DNA from: Candidatus Delongbacteria bacterium
GTDB taxonomy: Bacteria > CAIWAD01
Direction: 5' to 3'
Length of the DNA stretch: 64,000 nt
NCBI GenBank assembly: GCA_963663545.1
Contig: OY760505.1
Span: 1,088,001 to 1,152,000 of the forward strand
A program made the translations under genes and the position numbers. The first letter of the stretch is position 1. Every line of letters starts with the position of its first letter. The notes under the pieces were generated by a model. It worked only from the letters and a program-made list of their open reading frames with translations. It did no database searches and had not been told where the DNA came from. This document shows, in pieces, positions 45,564 through 54,821 of the stretch.

Positions 45564-48269
45564 CTACATCGTAAGTGGATCGGCCTTGTCCGCATCGATG
45601 CCCAGGCTTTCACGCGCATTGAGCAGCGTATCACGGTCCAGCTCATTCTTGTGATACAGCGCATAGAGCGCGGTCCATGCAATCCATCTGGCATTGACCT
45701 CAAAGAACTCTCGCAGCTCTTCGCGGCCCTCGCTGCGGCCAAATCCATCTGTACCCAGATTGAACATGCCGTTGGGCACCCAGCGGCAGACCGAGTCGGG
45801 CAAAGCGCGCACGTAGTCACTGGCCGCGATCACCGGCCCCTGGCTTCCCTCCAGAGCCTGAGTCAGGTAGGCCTTGCGCGGAGTTTCCTCTGGATGCAGA
45901 CGATTCCAGCGCTCCACTTCCATCGCATCAGTGCGCAGCTGTTTGTAGCTGGTGACGCTCCACACATTGGCGGCTACACCAAACTGTCGCAGCAGCGCTT
46001 GCGCTTTAAGTGCCTCGTTGAGGATTGTACCGGATCCGAAAAGCTGCACACGCTTCGCCTTGCGCGGCAATGTATCACCGTCCGCGCGCGCGGCCTGCTC
46101 AGCCGTGTTGTAGCGGTAGACGCCCTTGAGAATGCCTTCCTCGACGCCCTCCGGCATTGGCGGCATGGCGTAGTTCTCGTTCATCACCGTCAGATAATAG
46201 AAGACGTTCTCCTGCTCCACGTACATGCGGCGAATACCGTCCTCGATGATCACCGCCAATTCGTACGCGAAGGCCGGATCGTAGGCGCGTAGCGTGGGAA
46301 TGGGATAAGCGAAAAGATGCGACTGGCCGTCTTGGTGCTGAAGACCTTCGCCCGCCAGTGTAGTACGCCCGGCCGTACCGCCGACCATGAATCCTCGTGC
46401 GCCCATGTCACTGGCTGCCCAGGCTAGATCGCCGATTCGCTGGAAGCCGAACATGCTGTAATACACGAAGAAGGGAATGGTGTTGACGCCATGCGTGCTG
46501 TAGGCGGTTCCAGCGGCGATGAAACTCGACATCGATCCGGCTTCGTTGATGCCTTCTTCGAGGATCTGGCCGTTTGTCGCCTCTTTGTAATACAAGAGGC
46601 TGTTTGCGTCCACCGGCTCGTAGAGCTGGCCCACGTGGCTGTAGATGCCCGCCTGGCGGAAGAGCGCCTCCATGCCGAAGGTGCGAGCCTCGTCGGGCAC
46701 GATGGGTACGATGTACTTTCCGAGATCATGATCGCGCAGAAGCTTGCTCAAAATGCGCACAAAGGCCATTGTGCTGCTGACTTCGTGCTCGCCAGTGCCC
46801 TCGAGGAATTCCTGAAACACTTCACGCGGCGGCATTTTGAGCGGTTCCAGCTCCGTGTTACGCTGTGGCAGACTACCGCCCAGCGCCCGTCGTCGCTCCA
46901 TCAGATACTTGCGTTCCGGGCTGTCTTCGGCGGGCCGATAGAAGCCAACGCTGGCCACGTGTTCATCGTCCACAGGGATGCCGAAGCGACTGCGGAATTC
47001 GCGCAGTTCCTCTTCATTGAGCTTCTTCTGCTGGTGCGTAATGTTCTTGCCTTCACCCGCCTCACCCATGCCATAACCCTTGATGGTCTTGGCGATGATC
47101 ACCGTCGGCGCACCCTTGTGATCCACCGCGCGCTTGAAGGCGTTGTACACCTTCTCCGGGTCGTGACCGCCGCGCTTCATCCTGAAGAGCTGCTCATCGC
47201 TCAGATGCTCAATCATCTTCAGAATCTCCGGATCACGGCCGAAGAACTTGTTGCGAATGTACTCGCCGCTCTCGACGGAGAGTTTCTGAATCTCTCCATC
47301 TACAGCGTTTTCGAGCATGCGACGCAGGCGTCCGTTTGTATCACGCTCGAAGAGTGGATCCCAGTCGCTGCCCCAGACCACCTTGATCACATTCCAGCCA
47401 GCACCGCGGAACACGGCCTCCAGCTCCTGGATAATCTTGCCGTTTCCGCGCACAGGTCCGTCCAAGCGCTGCAGGTTGGCGTTGATCACAAAAACCAGGT
47501 TGTCCAGCTTCTCGCGAGCGGCCAGCGAAATGGCGCCCAGGCTTTCGGGCTCGTCGGTTTCGCCGTCGCCCAGAAAAGCCCAGACCTTGGATTCGCCCGC
47601 CTCCTTCAAACCGCGGTCCTCCAGGTAGCGGTTGAAGCGCGCCTGGTAGATGGCCATCAGCGGACCCAGCCCCATGGAGACCGTCGGGAACTGCCAGAAA
47701 TTGGGCATCAACCAGGGATGCGGATAAGAGCTGAGGCCCCCGCCCTTGCCATCGCGCAGCTCGCGACGGAAGTTGAGTAAATCCTGCTCGCTCAGGCGCC
47801 CCTCCATGAAAGCACGGGCGTAAATGCCCGGCGCGGCATGGCCCTGGAAGTACACCTGATCACCGCCACCCGGTGTCTCGGGGCCGCGCAGAAAGTGATT
47901 GAAGGCTACTTCATATAGAGTAGCCGCCGAAGCGAAAGTGGAAATGTGACCGCCTATTCCATTCAGCTCGCGGTTGGCGCGCACTACCATCGCCATGGCG
48001 TTCCAGCGGATCAGGCTTTTGATGCGACGTTCGATTTCACGGTTGCCCGGGTAGGGCACCTGCTGCTTGACGGGAATTGTATTGACATAGGGGGTGCGCG
48101 CGGTAAAAGGAATCATCACGCCGCGGGTGCGGGCGTGGGTTTGCAACTCCAGGAGCAGATCCAGCACCCGGTCCTCGCCACCTTCTTGCAGAACGTAGTC
48201 CAGGGACTCCTTCCACTCCTGCGTCTCTTGCTCGATCTGTGGATCGAAGCTGTCGTGCTCTTTGCTCAT
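45564..48269 (-). CDS. aceE: Pyruvate dehydrogenase E1, homodimeric type
   Basis: RWNAMAMV, GGHIS, SSYPHP, PTVSMGLG, GDGETDEPES, GEGLQHQDG. Confidence 0.96.
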   Translation of the reverse strand: MSKEHDSFDPQIEQETQEWKESLDYVLQEGGEDRVLDLLLELQTHARTRGVMIPFTARTPYVNTIPVKQQVPYPGNREIERRIKSLIRWNAMAMVVRANRELNGIGGHISTFASAATLYEVAFNHFLRGPETPGGGDQVYFQGHAAPGIYARAFMEGRLSEQDLLNFRRELRDGKGGGLSSYPHPWLMPNFWQFPTVSMGLGPLMAIYQARFNRYLEDRGLKEAGESKVWAFLGDGETDEPESLGAISLAAREKLDNLVFVINANLQRLDGPVRGNGKIIQELEAVFRGAGWNVIKVVWGSDWDPLFERDTNGRLRRMLENAVDGEIQKLSVESGEYIRNKFFGRDPEILKMIEHLSDEQLFRMKRGGHDPEKVYNAFKRAVDHKGAPTVIIAKTIKGYGMGEAGEGKNITHQQKKLNEEELREFRSRFGIPVDDEHVASVGFYRPAEDSPERKYLMERRRALGGSLPQRNTELEPLKMPPREVFQEFLEGTGEHEVSSTMAFVRILSKLLRDHDLGKYIVPIVPDEARTFGMEALFRQAGIYSHVGQLYEPVDANSLLYYKEATNGQILEEGINEAGSMSSFIAAGTAYSTHGVNTIPFFVYYSMFGFQRIGDLAWAASDMGARGFMVGGTAGRTTLAGEGLQHQDGQSHLFAYPIPTLRAYDPAFAYELAVIIEDGIRRMYVEQENVFYYLTVMNENYAMPPMPEGVEEGILKGVYRYNTAEQAARADGDTLPRKAKRVQLFGSGTILNEALKAQALLRQFGVAANVWSVTSYKQLRTDAMEVERWNRLHPEETPRKAYLTQALEGSQGPVIAASDYVRALPDSVCRWVPNGMFNLGTDGFGRSEGREELREFFEVNARWIAWTALYALYHKNELDRDTLLNARESLGIDADKADPLTM

Positions 48270-48624
48270 GCTTCCTCCGGTCCATTTTGTCGCGGATATT
48301 AAAGTTTGGCTCTACTAAGTTTATCAGCAATGGTTCCAGCCCTGTGTTCGAAATAGCAAATAGAACTGTGATATCATTGGAGAAGTCGCCAGATTTCGAA
48401 CATTTGCCACTATTCCGTATTAGTTGCGAATGGGTTCACGCAAATCAAGGATAGGCCGACTACTATTCCGTACAATCCATCGTCATCCTCCGGCCTTCCA
48501 ATAAAGCCTTTGAGTGTCACCAGAACCGCGTGAGTATTGCGTCAGTTCTGCTTCCATAGGGCTCAATTGAGACAGATTTTTTTCCGATAGCGGTGTTAGC
48601 CTTGAAATACTGGAGGAATGAGAG

Positions 48625-49026
48625 ATGGCACTAGTTACTTGGTCGGCGGAGTTCGAAAGCGGCAACAAAATGGTGGACGCCCAGCATCAGGAGCTGTTCC
48701 GCATGGTAAATGAGCTGCATGAGCAGATTGTGGCAGGTAAAGGCAAAGACGCCATTGAGCCCACGCTGAACAACCTGGCCGCCTACACGGCCAAGCACTT
48801 TGCTGCCGAGGAGCAGCTGATGCAAAAGACGGGATACCCGGAATATGTACGCCACCGCGCCCTGCATCAAGAGTTATTAAAGCAAGCGAGCGATACGATA
48901 GAAGGCTATCGCACAGGTAAGATCGTTCTGTCCATTACTCTTTCTCGATTTCTTGCCGACTGGATCAGCAAGCACATTGGCCAGGAGGATATGAAAATGA
49001 TCCGCCATGTTCGCGAAAACCTGTAG
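48625..49026 (+). CDS. Bacteriohemerythrin
   Basis: W...G...D.QH, HFAAEE, HRALH, HIGQED iron ligands. Confidence 0.9.
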   Translation: MALVTWSAEFESGNKMVDAQHQELFRMVNELHEQIVAGKGKDAIEPTLNNLAAYTAKHFAAEEQLMQKTGYPEYVRHRALHQELLKQASDTIEGYRTGKIVLSITLSRFLADWISKHIGQEDMKMIRHVRENL

Positions 49027-49041
49027 CACGACGAGGACGCA

Positions 49042-49467
49042 ATGAGTCGCCTTAACTGGTCCAGTTTGCAAGCCACCGGCCATACGTTGATCGACAAGCA
49101 GCACAGAGCCATCTTCGACTGCTTCAATCAGCTTGACCGGATTTTGTATCACGCCGAAGAAGGAAGTGGCCGGGATGCACTTGACAAGCTCATGGATGAG
49201 ATGGCGATTCTGGTTCGTGAGAATTTTGAGACTGAAGAACAGCTAATGATCCGGCACGGCTATCCGGCTTTCATGGCGCACAAGAATGCCCACAAGGAGC
49301 TGGCCAAGAGGGCAATGACGCTTATTGAAAATAAACGCACGACCCAGGGATCATACGCTACCGAATTCACGCAACTGGCCATTGACTGGAGCTTGTATCA
49401 CATCGGCGAGTTCGACACGCACTTCGTCGAATTCCTACGGCGAATCGACCCCAAGCTCTGTGAGTAA
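49042..49467 (+). CDS. Hemerythrin-family protein (one His ligand replaced)
   Basis: IDKQH, NFETEE (His to Asn), HKNAH, HIGEFD. Confidence 0.85.
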   Translation: MSRLNWSSLQATGHTLIDKQHRAIFDCFNQLDRILYHAEEGSGRDALDKLMDEMAILVRENFETEEQLMIRHGYPAFMAHKNAHKELAKRAMTLIENKRTTQGSYATEFTQLAIDWSLYHIGEFDTHFVEFLRRIDPKLCE

Positions 49468-49470
49468 CGC

Positions 49471-50268
49471 CTAGGTGCGCTTTTGGCCTCTAACGTCCCG
49501 CAGCATGGTGGTGTACTCTTCCAACAGAAAGCGCAGTCGCTCTTGCTTGGAAAGAGATTTGCTCTCGCGCATAGGTGGTGAAGGTTTTCCCTGCGAGCTT
49601 GTGTCACTATCAATGGCACAATCCAGCAGTCCATCCAACAGCCCTCGCGCCGTCTCATTTACCGAGCGAACGACCACAGGATACTCGGGCAGACGCTCGC
49701 GCACCCACTCGAAGAGCGAAAAGCCCTCTATCTCGATGGGATCCACGATGATATGCTGAAGCGCGTCAAAGGGAAGCACTGAACAGTCAAGCACGACTTC
49801 GAGATTCATGTCCGCCTCGCGAAGCGTATGCCCCCAGGCCGTGCGTGTACTATTCTTCTCGAGGAAGTTTTCAACCTCATGACTAGTATTCATGCGTCCC
49901 GCCATTGTAACACGCGCCTGACTCGGCTGGTCGTAGCGCGACGTCAACAGCACTTCGCACTGATCTGCGTACAGGATCGCTTGCGGCGAAAACACAAATA
50001 GCACTGGACCGTAAGGATTGGGAAGGTCCTCGCCTTGGCCAAAAGGGAAGCCCATGTCCATTGAGTTGAGGGTCACCTTATGCAAGAGACCAAGGCGCTT
50101 GTCACGATCATCAGTACCGAAATCCGTCATGCCGGGAATACTGGAGAGCACAGCCCGGGAACATACGCCTCCTTGCCGTGCATACTCCCGAACATCTGCC
50201 GGATAGTTTGCGTGATACAGGCGAATACCGCGAGACTCCAGAACAGGAATGAGATCAGTAGTAAGCAA
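49471..50268 (-). CDS. Hypothetical protein, DarT/ADP-ribosyltransferase-like
   Basis: GGAG plus TTG start; LYHAN...GGVCSR, YGPVLFVF, LEVVL...LPFDALQHIIV parallel DarT LYH.T...GLLS and AE.LV...IP...I..I. Confidence 0.5.
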   Translation of the reverse strand: MLTTDLIPVLESRGIRLYHANYPADVREYARQGGVCSRAVLSSIPGMTDFGTDDRDKRLGLLHKVTLNSMDMGFPFGQGEDLPNPYGPVLFVFSPQAILYADQCEVLLTSRYDQPSQARVTMAGRMNTSHEVENFLEKNSTRTAWGHTLREADMNLEVVLDCSVLPFDALQHIIVDPIEIEGFSLFEWVRERLPEYPVVVRSVNETARGLLDGLLDCAIDSDTSSQGKPSPPMRESKSLSKQERLRFLLEEYTTMLRDVRGQKRT

Positions 50269-50415
50269 TCGACACTCCGTTTTCCGACTCCTGATGGCAG
50301 TGTATCACAATCAGGTTAGAAAACCGTCAGCGGAAGTAGAGTTGTTGAATGTATAGCATTGTAACGATTGAATATAGCGCGATGATATGCGAATTCCCCG
50401 TACCCTCAGGTATGG

Positions 50416-52002
50416 TTATAAACCCCAGGCGAGTTCAAAACACAGACCTTGCCGATTGCCCGTGTCGGCCCATTGCATGTCGGCACTAAGCGCCAGCATC
50501 CAAGCCGATACTGGATACCATTCCACACTACCACGCACCCACTTCTCCAGTACGCTGGTATCACTCTCAACGTAATGCAACCTGTTGATGCCCAGCTCTG
50601 CACTAAGCTCGCTGTGATGCAAACGCCAGAAGCTGAGCAATGAGGGCTGCCAGCCATCGGCACTGTTGTTGTCAAACCAGGCCAAACGTCCCTGCAGAAA
50701 TAGATTCTGCCAAAGGGGCGTTCGCTGATGCAGACGCACTCCTGCGTGATAACTATCGGAATCAAGGGAAGCGAAATGGCGCACACCACCCCAGGCATCA
50801 ACCAGAAAGCGGGAGACAATCGGGAAATTGGCCCCAAGGCGCAAACCGCGTCTTGCGTTCTTGCTGAAAAGACTATCTGCTACTTCGCGTGATCCAAAGG
50901 GACGCACGGTTTCACCTGCATCAACCGCCAGACTAAAGCGCAGTTGGGGCGTCTGCGCATAGTTCACACGACAGCTGAAGTAGGAAAGCTCAAGAGCCGG
51001 TGTATCACCTGTATCACGCCAATCCCGATTCAGCTCGACCTGCGCCGTCTGCTGCAGCGAGAAGCGTCGCCCCTTACGCAAACTCATCGTCTGGTTGACA
51101 AACTCCTGCTCGTACTCACCATCGATATAGCGCCCAGCGAAAGCCAGACCACCTGTGGCAAACAGATCGCCACGTCGTCCCTGTCCCTCAATGCGAAGTC
51201 CGTACTGGCTACGGCCATTGCCCAGGTCATCTTCACCTGGCATAGGTGACACACCACCAAAGGCACCAACCGTTAGCCCATCCAGCAACTCAGACTCCAA
51301 TGTCGCACCGCGTATCACGCCAATACCAGCGTGATGTTGCACGCGTGTCATTCCCAAACTGTAGTGCACGCGGGCGTCGCTGGCGTTCTCAAAGGCCATC
51401 TCGCCAATGCGGACATCGGTCTCACTATCAGCGCCTTCCTGCAGACTTCGAATGGCACGCATGCGCAACCGAAGGCTGTGTCCATAGCGAGTCAGATTCG
51501 TTATCCCGGCACTGATCCTCACCCAAGGCTCGCGTAGCGTGTGTTCCTCTTCCCAGCTGCTAAGATCCAGACCTCCACTGACGCGTGCGCGCAATTCCGG
51601 GTGACGCTTTCGTTTGCGCTCCTGCAGCTCGCGCACCCCTTGTGTTTCAAGCGTCTTTACAGATGGCTCCGCGATCGTTGTGGACTCCACAGTTTGTATC
51701 ACATCATCGTAATCCGGCTGGGTCAGTATCTCCGCGCTCATTCCAATAACTGGCGTCACACTCAGGCCAAGTACTTTTGCTGCACTACTGCTTGAGGCTA
51801 CGAAAGCGACCTGCAACCAGCCCAACAGACCTCCATCGCTGTCAAGAACGCGCACACTATCCCCGACAACGACGCCACTCTCGCTTCCCGCATTCAGATA
51901 GATCTGATCTGCCGCGAGGTAAGTGATCTCGGCTTGAGTAGACGCGCCAGCCACTGCAAACGTCATTGCATGAATCAGGAGAAACAGCAGAATCTTGGTC
52001 AT
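50416..52002 (-). CDS. Large outer-membrane beta-barrel with small N-terminal beta domain; putative porin of a porin-cytochrome complex
   Basis: Signal peptide, IYLNAGSESGVVVGD N-domain, linker, many amphipathic strands, C-terminal FELAWGL; overlaps cytochrome stop (ATGA). Confidence 0.7.
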   Translation of the reverse strand: MTKILLFLLIHAMTFAVAGASTQAEITYLAADQIYLNAGSESGVVVGDSVRVLDSDGGLLGWLQVAFVASSSSAAKVLGLSVTPVIGMSAEILTQPDYDDVIQTVESTTIAEPSVKTLETQGVRELQERKRKRHPELRARVSGGLDLSSWEEEHTLREPWVRISAGITNLTRYGHSLRLRMRAIRSLQEGADSETDVRIGEMAFENASDARVHYSLGMTRVQHHAGIGVIRGATLESELLDGLTVGAFGGVSPMPGEDDLGNGRSQYGLRIEGQGRRGDLFATGGLAFAGRYIDGEYEQEFVNQTMSLRKGRRFSLQQTAQVELNRDWRDTGDTPALELSYFSCRVNYAQTPQLRFSLAVDAGETVRPFGSREVADSLFSKNARRGLRLGANFPIVSRFLVDAWGGVRHFASLDSDSYHAGVRLHQRTPLWQNLFLQGRLAWFDNNSADGWQPSLLSFWRLHHSELSAELGINRLHYVESDTSVLEKWVRGSVEWYPVSAWMLALSADMQWADTGNRQGLCFELAWGL

Positions 52003-54821
52003 CGGATCACCCCCTGCCTAGGATGAGAATCCGGCAGCCGCATTCCAGGCATGCTGCTGCGTGCATTCCGGTGGCAATCGTAACACGCACTGCTTTCATA
52101 GACATAGCCGGAAACGTGATTGTGACGCTGGTCCATGGCCGACTGTCTGTGCTCGTGGCAGCCAATGCAGCTGAACACGGTGTAGTCGCTGCTGTTTGTG
52201 TGACACTCGCTGCAACTATCCCATTCGTTGCGGTGTGCACCAGAGTAGATGCGGAAATAGGCACTATCGTGATTGAAGTTTACATCGTCCCAATCCGTCG
52301 TCGTGTGACACTGGGCGCAATCCGTCGGGAAACCGGCGCCGGAGTGATCGGGATCATCGGCATCATTGTAGTCCTCTTCATGGCAGAAGTAACACTCACT
52401 GGGTGTTCCCGCGTATTGCCCATCCACGTGACACTCGCTGCAATCCAGACCAATGTGTGATCCAGTTAGGGGGAACTCTGTCTGATCATGATCAAAGTCT
52501 GCTGGCGTCCAGGCTGTCGTATTGTGACACTCGCTGCAAACTGTAGAAAAAGCATTATCAACATGATCAGGATCATCGGTCTCGGTGTAATCGTCTTCAT
52601 GACACGACCAGCAATCCGGCGATGTGCCCGTGTAGCCATCAGCGTGACACAGGGCGCACTCCAATGCTGCGTGCGCGCCGGTCAATGGAAACTCGGTCAG
52701 GCTGTGATCGAAGGTCGCGGGCACCCACTGCTCAGTACCGTGACACTCGCTACACACCGTTGAGAACGCATTGGCCGCGTGGTCGGGATCGGCCGCACCC
52801 GCATAGTCGTCTTCGTGACACGACCAGCAATCCGGCGATGTGCCCGTGTAGCCATCAGCGTGACACAGGGCGCACTCCAATGCTGCGTGCGCGCCGGTCA
52901 ATGGAAACTCGGTCAGGCTGTGATCGAAGGTCGCGGGCACCCACTGCTCAGTACCGTGACACTCGCTACACACCGTTGAGAACGCATTGGCCGCGTGGTC
53001 GGGATCGGCCGCACCCGCATAGTCGTCTTCGTGACACGACCAGCAATCCGGCGATGTGCCCGTGTAACCTTCTACGTGACACAGGGCGCATTCCAAATCA
53101 GCGTGTGCACCTGTCAACGGAAAATCCGTCAGGTAATGATCGAACTCTGCTGGTGTCCAATGGCTCGTGCCGTGACACTCGCTACACACGGTTGAGAACG
53201 CATTGGTCGCGTGGTCGGGATCCGTTGTTGCCGTGTAGTCATCCTCGTGGCACGACCAGCATTCGGATGATGTGCCTATGTAACCATCAGCGTGACACAG
53301 GGCGCACTCCAATGCTGCGTGCGCGCCGGTCAATGGAAACTCGGTCAGGCTGTGATCGAAGGTCGCGGGCACCCACTGCTCAGTACCGTGACACTCGTTG
53401 CAGGTGGTCGAGAAGGTGTTGGCCGCGTGGTCGGGATCGGCCGCACCCGCATAGTCGTCTTCGTGACACGACCAGCAATCCGGCGATGTACCCGTGTAAC
53501 CGTCTACGTGACACAGGGCGCATTCCAAGTTCGTGTGCGCGCCGGTCAACGGAAACTCGGTCAGGTTGTGATCAAAGGTCGCGGGCACCCACTGCTCAGT
53601 ACCGTGACACTCGCTGCAGGTTGTTGAAAAGGCATTGGCCGCGTGGTCGGGATCAGCCGCCCCCGCATAGTCGTCTTCGTGACACGACCAGCAATCCGGC
53701 GATGTGCCCGTGTAACCCTCTACGTGACACAGGACGCATTCCAAGTCCGTGTGCGCGCCGGTCAACGGAAACTCGGTCAGGTTGTGATCAAAGGTCGCGG
53801 GCACCCACTGCTCAGTAGCGTGACACTCGCTGCAGGTGGTCGAGAAGGCGTTGCCCTGATGATTCGGATCAGCGGCGCCCTGGTAGTCGTCCTCATGGCA
53901 CGACCAACATTCTGAAGATGTACCAGCATAGCCCTCCACATGACATAAGGCACAATCCAGAGCAGCGTGAGCGCCTGTCAACGCATATCCCGTGATGGTG
54001 TGATCCAGAACCACACCCGACCAAGAGTTGCCGTCGTGGCACTGGGCACAATCCGCGTAGATACCTGAAGGTGGATTGCCATGCGGAGGATCAATAACCG
54101 TGGCGGCATCATCTTTGTGACACAACGCACACTGCTGCGCACTTGCACTTACAAATCCGCTTCCACTAGCATGACAACTCGCACAATCGTCTACGGCATG
54201 GGCACCCGTCAAGGGAAACTCTGCCGTATGCGACCATTTCACATTTGTCGTCCACTCGTTGACTCTTTGATCGTGACACTGTGCGCAATCAGCGGAAAAG
54301 CCTGCGTCGCTGTGAACGGGCGTCTGTGTCTGCAAATAGTCGTCGCTGTGACACGAGAAGCAATCGGCACCCAGCGTTTGCCAGCCTTGCCCCTGATGGC
54401 ATTGACGACAATCCAGACGGGCATGTTCTCCGCGTAGCGGGAAGCCGCTGCCCTCGTGATCCAGGCGTAGTTGATGAAAATCCAGCCAGCTTGTGGTGTT
54501 GTGGCAACGCTCGCAATCCTGCCCCAAGTAGCCATCGTGCATGTCGATGTGACACGCGCTGCAATTGGCTTTGACCACTGTAAAGTCAAGGCTCTCGTGG
54601 CATTGTCTACAATTCAAACTGGCGTGCTGTCCCTCAAGCGGCCACTGTTCGTGTTTGTATTCAACGGGAGAACGCAGCTGGTGCCAGTCTTCAGTGATAT
54701 GGCAGAGCTGGCAATCCAGATCCAGACTTGCATGAGGCGATTGCGCCATCGACCATCCGATGGTCGAGCTACAAAGAAGGGCCAGCACCCAGATGACTAT
54801 CCGTCCCGCATACTTATTCAT
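51999..54821 (-). CDS. Multiheme cytochrome c, 37 CxxCH, c7-like triheme repeats, 940 aa
   Basis: GAGGAAGAGG RBS plus MNKYAG signal peptide; 37 CxxCH counted; FDH..T.FPLTGAH repeat. Confidence 0.92.
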   Translation of the reverse strand: MNKYAGRIVIWVLALLCSSTIGWSMAQSPHASLDLDCQLCHITEDWHQLRSPVEYKHEQWPLEGQHASLNCRQCHESLDFTVVKANCSACHIDMHDGYLGQDCERCHNTTSWLDFHQLRLDHEGSGFPLRGEHARLDCRQCHQGQGWQTLGADCFSCHSDDYLQTQTPVHSDAGFSADCAQCHDQRVNEWTTNVKWSHTAEFPLTGAHAVDDCASCHASGSGFVSASAQQCALCHKDDAATVIDPPHGNPPSGIYADCAQCHDGNSWSGVVLDHTITGYALTGAHAALDCALCHVEGYAGTSSECWSCHEDDYQGAADPNHQGNAFSTTCSECHATEQWVPATFDHNLTEFPLTGAHTDLECVLCHVEGYTGTSPDCWSCHEDDYAGAADPDHAANAFSTTCSECHGTEQWVPATFDHNLTEFPLTGAHTNLECALCHVDGYTGTSPDCWSCHEDDYAGAADPDHAANTFSTTCNECHGTEQWVPATFDHSLTEFPLTGAHAALECALCHADGYIGTSSECWSCHEDDYTATTDPDHATNAFSTVCSECHGTSHWTPAEFDHYLTDFPLTGAHADLECALCHVEGYTGTSPDCWSCHEDDYAGAADPDHAANAFSTVCSECHGTEQWVPATFDHSLTEFPLTGAHAALECALCHADGYTGTSPDCWSCHEDDYAGAADPDHAANAFSTVCSECHGTEQWVPATFDHSLTEFPLTGAHAALECALCHADGYTGTSPDCWSCHEDDYTETDDPDHVDNAFSTVCSECHNTTAWTPADFDHDQTEFPLTGSHIGLDCSECHVDGQYAGTPSECYFCHEEDYNDADDPDHSGAGFPTDCAQCHTTTDWDDVNFNHDSAYFRIYSGAHRNEWDSCSECHTNSSDYTVFSCIGCHEHRQSAMDQRHNHVSGYVYESSACYDCHRNARSSMPGMRLPDSHPRQGVIR
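52275..54005 (-). repeat. Intragenic 216-bp (72-aa) tandem repeat, 7 copies plus 1 diverged
   Basis: Each unit encodes 3 CxxCH; 52600-52850 is identical to 52816-53066 by eye. Confidence 0.92.

Noticed and set aside
52275..54005. CRISPR-like array
   Set aside because: Repeats are 216-bp in-frame coding units without unique spacers; no CRISPR array or cas gene was seen in the window
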